Shown piece after piece: positions 22,217 to 34,900 of a stretch of 64,000 nt of DNA. The translations under genes were made by a program, and so were the position numbers. Origin of the DNA: Phyllosticta citribraziliensis (Eukaryota); contig NW_027117339.1 in NCBI RefSeq assembly GCF_038025025.1, forward strand, positions 2,418,001 through 2,482,000. The letters run 5' to 3'. Position 1 is the first letter of the stretch. Each line of letters opens with the position of its first letter. The notes beneath the pieces were generated by a model that was given only the letters and a program-made list of their open reading frames with translations, was not told the DNA's origin and did not search any database.

Positions 22217-24080
22217 TCAATTCGGCACCACGACGCCCTCCTTGCACAGGACGACGCACTTTTTGAAAAAGCGGCGCCACTCAAGGGGATCGCCCTTGAT
22301 CTTGACAAACCGCACCTCGGACACGTCGACGCCAGCGTCGGCAGCGGCCTGGTCGCCCAGCTCGGCCGCCGTGAAGCGCTCGACGGCAATGACGCCGTTG
22401 AGCCCCTGCTGCCTGCCGTCGACCGTCTTGACGCGGATCCACGTCTCGCGGTCGCGGCCGTCGAGCGCGGCCTGCGGCAGCGGCGCGACGGGCACGCCCA
22501 GCCGGTGCAGCGCCTCGACCAGCAGCGGCAGCAGCAGCGAGAAGGACAGCGGCGAGAAGAAGCGCGTCAGCCGGTGCGGCGGCACGATGTCGCCGAAGCG
22601 CCGCGCCGCCTGCGTGAGCGAGATGGGGACCGACGGCGTAGGCGAGAATTGCGTCAGCGACGGCGAGTCGGCAATGTGCGCCAGCAGCTTCTGCGACGCG
22701 CGCTGCTTGTGCGTCGTGTTTGCAGCAGGTCTTCCTGTCGTCGACGTGCGGGCGCCGAAATCAGTGGGCTGAGAGGCGGACATTCCGTCGTTGATGGCAA
22801 GACGTGGAGGTCGTTCCCAAAGGTCAAAAGCCGTGTCTGAGATGCCCGCGTTTTCGGGCTGCGTCGCGGCGAACTCGACGCCGCTGTCAACGTCCATGGG
22901 GTCGGAAGCGCCGTTGCTTGCGGAGTCGGCTTGGGTTGCAGGCACGCTGGTGTCGAAGTCGATGTGAAGAGATTCCAGCATCTGCGTCGCGAGCTGGATT
23001 GGGTTGCCGATACGACCAGACGTTGCAAGGTATGGGTTTATGCGTGTGTACCATGGGTGGGTGCGGACTTCGTCAAGCGTAAAGCGCTCTTTGGGATCGA
23101 GCTTGAGCATGCCTCGGAGCAAAGAGGCAATGTCGGGTGGAATCTTCTTCCACAGGTCATCTGTCGTTCGACCACTCGTGTTTACATATTCGTTGAATTC
23201 GTAGCTGTTGCGCGTAGGCTCGTCCCATGGCGTATTTCCGGCCAGTAGCACGAAGAGCACAATACCACAGCTCCAAATGTCGGAAATGTTGGGCTCGTAG
23301 CCCTGGACCGGCGACTTGTTGGCCTTCATTTTACGGATGGCCACAATCTCTGGGGCAATGTACGGCGGGCTTCCGCAGACGCTGTTGCAAAGTCTCTTTT
23401 TGCCCTTGTTGGAGAAGAGGGCGGCAAGGCCAAAGTCGGAAAGCTTGAGGTCTCCATCTATCGAGAGGAGCATGTTCTCCGGCTTGATGTCGCGATGCGC
23501 CACGCCTTTTGAATGCATGTATCCGACGGCATTTATGAGCTGGGTGAAGTAGAGGTGGGCGACGTCCACGCTCACGCCCTCGTCTGCCTCGATCTTGTCA
23601 AACAAGTCGCCGCCCTCGGCAAGCTCCATAGCAATCCAGGTGTAGAGCTTGTCCTCGCCATGGCTGAAATACTGTATCACGTTGTGATGCTTGCCCAGGT
23701 AGTGGTGCAGTGTTACTTCGTGCTGGATTTGGCTGGGCTTGAGGCGTCCTGTGTGGTATGCATGGTCCTTGTTTATGAACTTGACGGCAATGACTGGCTT
23801 GGAGGCGTTTGGCGGCACCGCTTTTCGGATGCTAGGAGAGCAGGTTAGTTTGGTGGGCTAGCATGGCCAGTTGCGACGGGCTGTCAGGGAAGACACCCAC
23901 AATGCATATGCGCCTTGGCCGATTGTTTTGGAGACGACTCGGAACGGCAGATCTTTTGGAATCGGGGCCACTTGGGACTGCAGCAAAGGTTGGGTCAGCG
24001 CGGCTCAAGTGGGTCTTGATCTGGCACGTCGCGTCGCTTCGCAATCGACAGGGACGACTTACATTGGGAAGTGGACCCAT
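22217..24080 (-). CDS. CHK1: Checkpoint kinase Chk1
   Basis: Exons 24080-24063, 23977-23901, 23831-22217. LPFRVVSKTIGQGAYAF, GGDLFDKIEADEG, HRDIKPEN, CGSPPYIAPE, GNTPWDEP; C-terminal KA1-like RLTRFFS and KGDPLEWRRFFK. Confidence 0.95.
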
Positions 24081-25086
24081 GGCGAGAGGTGAGGAGAAGA
24101 GCAGGTATTTGCAGAGGCACAAGAAACGGATCAATCAGAAGAATCGCATGCCCGGTGTTGCTGTGGCGAGAAGTCAAGGCGGCAATTGATTGGAGTTGAG
24201 TTGTTTGTGCACGCGTCGCGGCGCGTCATGGAGTCACGTGAATCGAATGTTTTGAGTGACAAGGATCCTTCCCGATCTGGAGCCATCATGCACACGGCAG
24301 CAGGCAACCGTCAGGTCAAGATTGGGCAGCCAGATTGTCGCACTTCACATGTCGGCTGCGCCGAAAGATTTTGATGTTGCTGTCAACACGGCTGGTTCCC
24401 TTACGCTACTTCTGGTAGTGTACATTCCGGCGTCTCCCAGCTACATGTACCGCATAGCATCTCCATCCCTTGAAGTTGCCTGCCCCTTCGCTCCACTTTC
24501 CCCACCCCGGCCCGGCCCTCTGCGCTTTCCAGCATGCGCGGCACGAATGAAACAAGAAGAGGACGAGGAGACGAGGAACAAGCCCCGAAACCCAACAAAG
24601 AAAATAAAAACATGGCCGACGTGGTCAAGTCGGTCCAACGAAAGCAACAAAACTTTCGTTTTTGGAAACGAATCCCCAAAACTCCCGTCTAACTCACCTG
24701 TCGTGAGGTTTGCTTCCAAGGCCCTCGACGTTCAAAACGTGATCCAAGCCGCGCGACCACTTTGCGCCGGATGGACAAAAGCCAAGCTACCTTGCAAAAG
24801 TGTGGCCCGAGAAATGAAAAATAAAAACTTCCCCCGTGTTACAATGCATTCCAATCAACTCCGTCGCTGATGTGTTATCGCTGGCTTCAACTCTCCGTTC
24901 CTCAAATGTCCTCCTCTTCGACGTGGCCGGAGAAGCCGTTGTGCGCAAAGACCTTGCTGCTTGCTGGGTTGAACCGGTGGTCCTGGAGCGGTTGCTGTGC
25001 CGCAGTGTCGGTGCGCGGTCGAAGTCATGGAGGGGTGCTGGTAAAATGACACGTGCTGTGAGAGACACGCTTCACACCGTCATACT

Positions 25087-27055
25087 TTATGAGGCTGCCA
25101 TGGCGCTGTGCGCTGCCGAGTCAAGGTTGCGTTCCCGGATGGTGGTAGCGTACTTGGGTTCCCTCATGAACTTGGGCACAGAGTCCTGAGCCGATTAGTA
25201 ATGGTGTCAATGACCCTGGAGAGTTTCGACTTACGCTAGCCATGAGCTTAAATACCGAGTTCTGTGCCTGATCAAAGAGGGTCGCAACTTCGTCGAGACT
25301 TCTGACCATGGCCTCATCGTCGCCGACGGCGCGGGTCATCCTTGCTGCAAGCGCCGTGCGCAGCGTGTGGTCGATGTTGAGCTCACAAGGGGAGCCAGGG
25401 GCAAGGAAGGCGTTGTAAAGGCCTGCGACTGTCAGTGTGATTCTGGGCATGCCATGAGAACAACATACTGTAAGCAGCTGCGAGCGTCTCTCGAATGATC
25501 TCCAGCTTTGGCGTAGGGTTTGCCCTCTTGGCCGCCTTGTAGCTCCCAAGGAACTCGCTGACATCCAGGTAAAAGGACAAGTTCTCCTCGCAGTGAGTCT
25601 CGCGCAAAAACTCTCTAAAGAGCAGACGCAGAGCCGGGTCCCGGATAATGACCGTCATCCTGTTTGCGTTGGAATCCCTCGTCGTGCCCTCACGAGGCCT
25701 GTTGCTGGCGGCGGCGGCGGCGGCAGTGGTTCCCTCGCTACCGTTCGGCGCGTTTGTGGGGCTGTGAATCCAGCCCGCGACCCTTTGACCCTTGTCGGTT
25801 ACAAAATATATGGCGCCCTTCGAAGCTTGGAAGCGGACGTTGTGGGCTTCGACAGGGGCCATCAAACCAAATTCGACGAACAGGGAGCACATTTCAAATG
25901 CCTCTCGCTTGTCCACCATGGAGCTGCAGTCCATGAGCCAGTCCACCGCAGCTTTTCCGGTAAAAGTGTTCATGCAGACTTTGTCGCCGACCTTTCTTTC
26001 CCTAGCCATCTTCACACCGACCATGCCGGTCGAGTACTCGCTCATCGAGTCGTTGTCTGCTTGGGCAGCGCTTGCCTTGGCGTTGGGGCCTTCGGAACCG
26101 GCGAAACGTCTGAAGACGACCTCGATGGTGGCTTGGTCGTGATTCAGCTTGTCCGAGTCGATCTCGCGCTCCAAGATGACCAGGTGCATCACGTTGCGGG
26201 GCGAGTCCAAGACTTCGTAGACATGCTTTTGGTTGATGCCGTTGCGCTGGCAAAATCTCTGAAGCACATGCAGCCCCTTGGGAGTCATTTGCCACACAGC
26301 AGTCTTTGACATGAAATCGGACTTGCCCTCGACCGACTCGATGAATCGTGCCTCCAAAAACTTTTGGCAAACCGACCTGGCCATCTCCTTGGCCATTGAA
26401 AAAGTGGTCGTGGTCGTCGTGGTCACAATCCTCGAGGGGTCCTTGGGATCCGGCATGCGATTGGATTGGGAGAACTTGAGTGATCCAAGGTTGGTCATGG
26501 CCTCCTCGGAGGTGAAACTGTGGTCGATCTTCTGCCATCGGACGCGATGCGGCGTCAATGGCAGACTCACCATCAGCGTCGCAAAGAGGTCGTTGAAGTC
26601 CTAAAACTCGGTGCGTTAGCCTTGCATCAACTGAGCGACACGTAAAACAAGACAGGAAAAGCCAAACACGGGCTAGGAAAGAGGGGTTCGGGAGCATGTG
26701 GCCGCTTTCAGCAGGATTGCAGTTTGCAACCCGCAGCATGTCTTGTCTTGGAAAACAGCGCAGCGAAATGTGCTCATGACGATTGAGAGGGGTCCTCGGA
26801 GGAGCAGTAGTTTGTGGGACGGCGGCGTCAGAGGGGCACCGCGGACATGTTCGGTTGACCATTGCCACAGCGCACAAGCTTAGCCGAAGCTCCAGGGCAA
26901 CCCAATGGCCCTCGTTTCGATGGATTGACCAGGCTGACGAGGAACTTGTTGGAGAATCGAGGAGCAACGCGAAAAGAAACACGGAAAAGGCTTACCTTGG
27001 TGAAGGGACGGTCATCGTCAGTCATGCGAAGCAATCTCGAGGAAGTTTGATGCAT
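25087..27055 (-). CDS. flbA: Regulator of G-protein signalling FlbA/Sst2 (two DEP domains + RGS)
   Basis: Exons 27055-26996, 26600-25469, 25422-25235, 25185-25087. MHQTSSRLLRMTDDDRPFTKDFNDLFATLMVSL, LKFSQSNRMPDPKDPSRIVTTTTTTTFSM, FREFLRETHCEENLSFY, FLAPGSPCELNID, KLMASDSVPKF. An upstream exon cannot be excluded. Confidence 0.95.
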
Positions 27056-27878
27056 GTTGGAACAGCGTGGCCGGCGAGGGACCTTGGACGTCTAGAGGGC
27101 GGCGCGTAGAGGGTTTATAGAGCGTCGGCAGTCGAGAAGGCTGGTGCCGAGATGGTTGCTCAGTAGTTGGACGCGGGCTTGGCCTCTCAGGATGTGTGAG
27201 ACGGGGTTTCCGCGTTTGGATTTGGATGCGTCTGTGGCAGATGGGTCCACAGACAGATTGCGAATACGGGTCGTCGGGAAAGTCGCGTGGTTTGCAGGTG
27301 CAGCGGAACGGTGGGATGTGGGCGACGATGACGGATTGGAAGGTGTGCAGCGGGCGCGCAGGTGGAAACGACGACGACACTGGGTGGTGGAGGTGGACGA
27401 GTTGAGTGGACTGAGGGGGACTGGACGGGAGGAAGGAAGGGGGGAGAGGAAGCTGTTGATGTCGTCGTCTTGTCTTGTCGTCGTGGTCCAGGGGCGGGCA
27501 GGCTGGAGTGTAAGGTGGAGGTGCAGGCGACGTGAGCGAGGGAGCAGCAGTAGCATGCGTCTTTTGGATCAAGGGTGTGCGCTGCGCTGCTCGGGGTTTA
27601 ACTCGACTGAGTCGACCGACCTGGGACTTAGCACGACGCGGGCCTTGGGATGATCGTGGACGAAAAAGCAGCCCCGACCGCATCCCTGGGCCCCTGTGGC
27701 TCCCACGCGGCAATCCTTGCAAGATCGAGCTTGTCACAAGATACTGCTTTGCCCTGCTCTGAGACTCTGCTTCCTGTGTGCAGGTCGACACGCCAGCACA
27801 CGGCACATGTCCAACGACTCCGTTCGCGAGGCCCACGCCGGCAAGCAGCACGTTTTCTTCACTCGACTGCGACACGTA

Positions 27879-28112
27879 CATGACATGACATGACATTGAC
27901 CCGGGTTTCAGACGTGCTTCCGGTTGTTGACCAGTCGCACGCAGACGCAACGCAGACGCAGACGCAGACGCAGTGGGGATCTCCAAGATCTCCGTTTTCT
28001 TTTTGGCTGGGTGCCTCACCATGCATTCCACGTGCCCCCCGCACCCAGACCACGTTTTTCTCTGTGCCGGCCCGGCTCTCTCCCTCTCCCTCTCCCTCTC
28101 CCTCCCCCTCTC
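27879..28112. repeat. Cluster of short microsatellites (CATGA)n, (GACGCA)n, (CTCTCC)n upstream of flbA
   Basis: catgacatgacatgac; cgcagacgcagacgcagacgcag; ctctctccctctccctctccctctccc. Confidence 0.85.
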
Positions 28113-29011
28113 CCAGTCCCTCTCAAGAAGTACATGTGGCACGCCCACTGCCGTGTCTCTCACAAATCTCCGGCGTCATGTAGCGCGTTGCTCTCCCTGG
28201 CCTTCCCTCGCCGTGGGCAGCAAAAGCCCATCGTGTCCAGTTGCGGCCTAGCTGCCCTGCTCGGCGCCGGGACGAGACTTTAAATCCGGCCAGCCAGGTC
28301 TTGGTCTTTGCCCGCCGCTTGGTCTCATCTCTCAACCTCTGGTTATTGTGTCATATCTGTGCGCTGCCGCTGCTCTCAACAAGTCAACCTACGACCGCAC
28401 ACGCAGCCTTGTCCAACGCCCGTCTAGGGCTGCCACGGCCGCCGCCGGTCAAGGCCAGTGGCGTTGGCGTAGGTAGTTTGCCTCTGCTCCCCAGGGGCTC
28501 ACACGCGTCAGTCAACCCTGCACTCTGCTGCGACCGCCGCCGGGTCCATCTGGGCACACTCGGATAGCCAACACGTGGCAGCCATGCTGTGCCATGCCAT
28601 GCCCTTTTTTCGGCTTTTGCCTTTTTGCTTCTTCTCGACTTCTGCCTCTCTTCTCGGCGTCGACAGCCTTTGCCACGTCTCTCGCTGCCGGCGCCGCCTG
28701 GTGCACCGTAGTTCCTGCCCCCGTTGGCCCTAGCCCACCACATTTCATCTGCCCTGCTGCCGGCCTCTCTTTTGAATCAGCCCACCTGGTTGCGCCGGAG
28801 CTTTCATGACCTGATGACGGTATTATTACCCGCCCGTTGCGCCGTGTGTGGAGTTTCATTATGCCGAAAAGAGGCACGTCTCCCTTAGTCCAGGGAACAT
28901 GCCGGGCTCTAGCCACCGCCGAAAAAATTCCACTTCTTATACCCGCCCGCCTCTCTGCGACCTCGCTTCCGCTTCATTTGCCCGAGCGAGAGCGGCTTTA
29001 ATCCACGCTTC

Positions 29012-29058
29012 GTTTGTTTGTTTGTTTGCTTGTGTCTTTTTTTTTTTTTTTTTTTTTT
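29012..29058. repeat. (GTTT)4 followed by poly-T (22 nt)
   Basis: Directly visible. Confidence 0.9.
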
Positions 29059-31941
29059 GGCCCATCAATGTCTGCAGCGCGCAGCGTCATCATTGGCGGC
29101 GGCGTCGTCGTCGTCGTCAGAGCGCGTGGCCGCACTGCCCACCGCCAGCAGGGCGCATAGACCGCCCACGGTCAAATTTGCACCCGCTTTGACAACCACC
29201 ACCACCATGTCCAAGCGCGCCTCTGTCAGGGGGCGATTGCACACGGTCACTGCCGTGCGACTGTGTTGCCATTGTCCCGACCCTCATCCGCTTGTCCCTA
29301 TTTTCTGTTCCTTCCCTTCCCTCTTTGATGAGACAGGGCTAAGCAAGGGCGAGTCGTTGAGCGGGTCTGGATGCGGCGGCAGAAACACCATGTTCACTGG
29401 CATGCTGTGACACTCGCTGCGACATGACCCAAGCTTCCTCGTGGTTGACAGCCGCCGCCAGCGAAGGAACTCCCGCAAAGCCTGCCGGGAACAGCAGCCG
29501 GAATCCTGGCTCTGGTACCAAGTGCTACCTGCATCTGCACGACACGGGTTTTGGCCGCAAGGGATTCCGAGTCCAACTTGATCGCTACACAAGCTGGAGA
29601 GTGGATTCCAGACGCCCGCAACGCCAGCCGCCCGTTGAGTTAGTTGACCGGTGGTCGAAACCAAAGAGACTGAGACATGCGTGCCGTGAGCTGGCGGCTG
29701 CCGTTGTCGTCCACCACTTTCGCGGAACCACACGAGACTGGTGCAAGGTCGTAGCACACTCGACCAATCTTTTCCTGTAAACTTTTCACGGCAGGGGATG
29801 GAGTAGCCAAACTCATCTAACAAATTGTGCCGAAGCATCCAGACAAGGATGGAGAGCATTCGACTGTTGCTTGCTTCCAAGAACCGTGGTTGCGACTTGC
29901 GCGCCACGATTCTCGACACCAAGCCTCCATGTAGACGGTCAACCTGCGCGCTAGGCTTGCCCGCGGCCAACCCCGAAAATCAATTGTCAAAGACCATGGA
30001 TGGCCAAGCACGACGAAAGGATGCTCGGCTGTGCCTTGTCCAGTCGTCTCTTTGCTCGTCATGTCGCTTGCAGCAACGCCTCAACCTTCCGGGATGGGTA
30101 GGATTGTCTCAACATGCTTCCTTCGCCACAGTCTTCCAGAACAATTCTACACTCACGTTCCTGCCTACGTAGTTTAGCCTCGTTCGGCTACGCTGATGAA
30201 TGACGAGCATCCCATCAGATCAGAAATGCCCCCATTCTCCACGCAACCACGCCACACCGTGGCAGCGTGCTCCTGCTGCCCAGCGCCGCAACGCCAATCA
30301 ATCCTTCGACCAGGGCTCCGCGGGCACCAGCGTTCTTTTCATGTCCGCGGATGACGCTTGCTACTGCATGCTTCTCTTCTTCGCTCGAGTTTCGCCATGA
30401 CTGCGATCTGCATTACATCAGGTTTCAACATCAGCTCATCCCCGTCATCAACCTTCGGCCGTCTGTTGATTGCGTGGGGACTGCCAAGTTGGCCCCCAAC
30501 CCGCCAACAAAAGGCCAGACCCGCTGAGAACTGCGACCAACATCCCTCGTATCCAAAGCAAAGCCGCCTCGTCGTCTCTCCAGCTGTTCTTCCCGTACAA
30601 CACTGTGTATACGATTCGAGACCAATTGCTCGCCAGGAAGGTATCCCGCATGGCCAATGGCTTGCCAAATATATCTTCTCACCGCAAGGCCGCGACTTCA
30701 AACATCAGTGCTTCCGGGAGGCCCCTTCATACATGGCAAACGCTGAAGATCCTCGCTTGCTGGGCGAGAGGTCGACCAACCCGAGGAGGCGTAGTGAGAG
30801 TGCGGGGAGGGCGGTATACCCAAAGAGGCAATCCTCCCCCCCTGGTCTACTGTGCCTCAACACGCACTTTGTGTCTTGCCATTCTTGTCATCCTGCCCTA
30901 TGCCATGTGTCAGGCCTGAGCACAGTCAGCACATCAGGCGTGGGGTTGCACAAAAGCCGTGGCGGTGGTGTTGTGTTGGCTGTGAGCTTTGTTGGTGAGG
31001 TCATGGTACATACTTCGACATCACATCAACTACATCCGCACACCCACCCACGTCTGCTCTTTGCCCACCATCCAACGAATGCCTTCTGAAATCTTTCATT
31101 CCTGAAAAACAGAAGCGCACTTGCGCCTAGCCTCGTTGTCTCAACCACTGCGCTCATTGTCCAATTGACCCGTCTTCCTGGTCTCCACACAGTCGGGAGA
31201 TTAGGGGCCAACCTCCAACACCTCCAGTCAACCGGCGCATTCGCTGCCGAAGAAAACAACAACCTCACCAGTGACACAGGAAATCGTTCGCATCAGAGAA
31301 TTCTCGGTCTTCTCCACGCCGCTCGCCTGTTTGTATACCTTGGTTAACCCGTCCCGTCCCAGCCTACTAGGTAGCCCAGCCGCTCGCCCCCCATCAGCTC
31401 AACACTTGGTTGTACACATTATGCTTCACCATCCCTACCAGACTCTCGACTCCACCCGTGCTCCACCCTTCGTACTCCAATCGCCATTGCCTTCCACTGC
31501 TTCCTCGAGACGGCTCGAGACGAGACGACGCGCTGGACTCGAAGCGCGCCGTAAACTTCCCGTCCCTCGTCCCTTGTTTGCCTCTCCTCCAACCACGACC
31601 CGCGAACCCATCAAACCACTCCATCTTGCTTCCTTCTCTCGCGCTTCCATAGAGTCTATCTGCATGCCTCGAAACGAGCTTTCTCCAACTCTAAACCAGC
31701 AGACTACCGTATGCGCGTCGATCGCTCAGCCCGAGCAAACCCAACCCAACGCAACCTCCCTACCTCACCCTAGCCCAACCCGCCGTGTTCGACACGAACG
31801 AACAAGCGAACATGCGAACCAATGGACAGGCCCGCCATGCGCGGCATGCAATCCTGCAGCGCAAGCAGGCAGCAGCATCAGCAGCAGCAGTTTTCAAACT
31901 GCCAACAATGCGCTTCTTTTCGTTTTGTCCTCTCTGCTCCC

Positions 31942-31963
31942 CGCACGCGCGCGCGCGCGCGTG
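31942..31963. repeat. (CG)8 alternating purine-pyrimidine tract
   Basis: cgcacgcgcgcgcgcgcgcgtg. Confidence 0.9.
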
Positions 31964-34900
31964 GCACGGCGATCAAACGCGCTGATGCGCTGCGCACCAC
32001 CTCACTTGCATGTCTGTCCAGACACACGTGGGCGCAACGCGACGCAACGCAACGCGATGCAGCGGCAATTTTTGAGTGCAGTGCTGCTGCGGCCAACGGG
32101 CCATGGCCCACTTGGCTCAGAGCGCTCACGCGCACAGCAGCGCCCCGCGTGCCGCTGCGTCGGGTTCGCTCGGGAGGCTAATGGTGCTGCTGGCAGCAGG
32201 CGTGTAAATGTAGGTAGAAATGGCATGCCTGCCGACGATAGGCCACTTCGGCATCGAGGGTCGGTGCGCAGCGTGTATCAAGGATTCCCTCGCCAGACAG
32301 TAGGGATGGGGTTGTGGATGGCGCTGATGTGCGACGCGCGGGGAGACAGCGGACCGGGGGCAGCGCGGACGGATGGCGATATGGCAAAGTGGCATGATCA
32401 ATGGGCATTTAGAGCTAGGTTGGCGGCGGATGGGACGAGAAGATGGCCATGTCGTGGACGACGAAGGGAGGCTTGTCCTTGTCGTTTCCCTGCCATACTC
32501 TGCACACACCTCTCTTTCCTCTCGCGTTTCTCTCGTTCAGGACCTTGTCTGCTGCGCCTTTCTTTCGTACCAGTCGGTCTCGCCGCCGCTGCCTTTCCAG
32601 CGTCCGTCTTTGCTAGCTGGTTGTGCCGAGCTGGGGCGGACCGCCATGACAAGGCTATGGAGCAGATGTGGAGGTGGGAGCGAATGTCTGAGAAGAAAGA
32701 GTGCCGGTTTCTCGCCGTTCGCAGCAGCAGGTAGACCGAGACACAGGGAGGCCTGTTCTTGCGTTCAGGATACTGCGCTGCGCTGTGCGATGCTGCGCTG
32801 CACTCAATCGACCATCCATCCTTCTGTCCGCGGACGCATGTGGCAGACTCGGAGACAAAAGAAAGAAAAAGAAAAGAGAGCGTCATGGCATGCAGGTCAT
32901 CGAATCTCTCATCTTTGTGCCTGGGAGGCGCTCTCGACTACGGAGTACTTGTCCCTCCATCTCTCTCTGTCCATGAAGACTTGCAGTATACCACCAACTT
33001 ACCACGACAGCCATGCACTGCAACAGTCCTGATTGGTCAGGTCACGACAGCCCCAGCCCCCCAGCCTCCCCTTCCCCGTCATCGGCGCAAAACGTGCGAG
33101 GCGGAGGCGTACGCATACTCGCACGCCTACAGGTGATGCGAATATGCAAAGCGTCGTGACACGACATTTGCATGTATGTACACGCCGTCCGACATACGCA
33201 GCAGTACCCGACGCAGTGGGCCATGGATGGACAGAGAGGATGAGGAGGGGTTGGAGAGCGGCGAGGCCGACGCCGAGTTGCATGATGGATCCGATAGGAC
33301 AACGACGTCGTCGACTACGTACAGCTGCAGGCGGAAAATTTTCCTACTTTTGCGTTTGGTTTTCTTTTCTTTTTTTTCCTTGTCGTCGCCATCTCTACGA
33401 ACGCGCCGCAAGGTATCGTGTGGCCTGACATGCGAGACTTATTTTGAGATGAGCAAGACAGCGGCGGGTGTCTCGAGACGGGAGCAAAGCCAACGAGCGA
33501 GCGAGAGGGGGGGAGACGGGACGGAGCGGTAGGGTTTGTTTGTGTCGATTGGGTGGGACGGCAGATGAGACAGTTTTAGCTTTCTTGGGCAGAAGAAGGG
33601 CGCGCTTTTCTGTGGTGAAAAGGGTGTGTGGGTATAGTTTGGCTTGTCTTGCTGCTGTTGCTGCTGGCGTCGCCACCTCCGGGCCACTGGCTGCCGGGCC
33701 AGTGAGGCGCTTTCGGGCGGCCGTTGACAAGTTCCTCGTCGCGTGGCTTCGCTGTCCACCAATGTGTCGTGCATGACGCCTGGCCCCTCCCCCGCTCACC
33801 CACCATCTGATGTGATGTTGTTTTGGCTTCCCACTCGCTCGGCCTGGTCCGGGTGTGTGCTGCACGGCGGGCTGAGCTCGGCCGCATCCAGACAAGGTGC
33901 TCCTTGTTGCGTATCCTGGAGCCTCGTGGCAGCCGTGGACGCTGCGGATGCGGATCCCACGTGCCCTGGCTGCGACTGTCCGCTTCCCCTTGCCTAGCTA
34001 TGCCTGTGGACGTGACATGGAGATGGTGTGGACGAAAGTCGGACGAGGGGGTGTGTGGGGGCCAAGAAGGGGGCGTGTCTATACTTCGTCTCTCAACGCC
34101 TCACGTCATCCTCATGATTGCTTGCGCGTGCCCTGGACTCTCCTCTCCGTCTCCTTCACCTCACCGCCCACTGACTCTCTGCTGGGCTGCGGCCCCACGC
34201 CGTCAGCCCTGGGAGCCGGTTGCTGCGTGAGGCCGAGTCCACCATCCCTCCCCGCCGTAGGCAGCCATCCCTTCCCGCCGTAGGCAGGCGCACCGCGATC
34301 GATCTTAGGGCTCGACCGCTTTTCTTGCTCGGCATGGTGGAGCAAAAGGTCCAACGGAGTCATCTATTCGGTCCACATCCTACTCTTTGGCAACTTTGTT
34401 CATGACAGCGGTTTCAGCCCGCAGGCTCCTGAAATGCGAGGAAGGTCCAAGAGATCCAACAGCATCTGGCCGAACCATCGTGGAGAGCTGTGCGAACGGG
34501 TTCCGGTCGTGGTCTTTCGAGGGTCGCAGGCGGACAATGGTAAGCCTGGCGGCATTTCGATGATGCGGGGATTCTGCCGGCCAAATCTCACTTCCTCTTT
34601 CTTTGGACGTGGCCAAAATGTGGGTTGTATCGTACGGCAAGGACCGTGTGGCTTGCAAGACGTTGGTGCGCTGAGAAAGAAGCGCAATCTATCTCGACTG
34701 TCGCTATTGCTCAAAGTGAGCTTGGAGAAGGGACTTTTGTTGACTCACTCTGAATGGTAGTGGCACAAAAGCTCAACACCAGTGTCCAAATCTTCATTGA
34801 TCAATGCTCAATTTGAAGAAACCAAAGACTCAGGTTCCTCTGCTCTACCGCGAATGACATACATGCGAGGCGTAGTTGAGGCTTTTTGTCCCGACAGTCT

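Noticed and set aside
27018..28163. 381-aa minus-strand ORF as an N-terminal part of FlbA
   Set aside because: It is out of frame with the FlbA start, built from microsatellite translations (ERERER, ASASAS), and has no codon bias.
31271..32734. 487-aa plus-strand ORF in the desert
   Set aside because: GTG start, R/A/C/P-rich composition typical of GC-rich non-coding DNA, crosses simple repeats, and has no domain.
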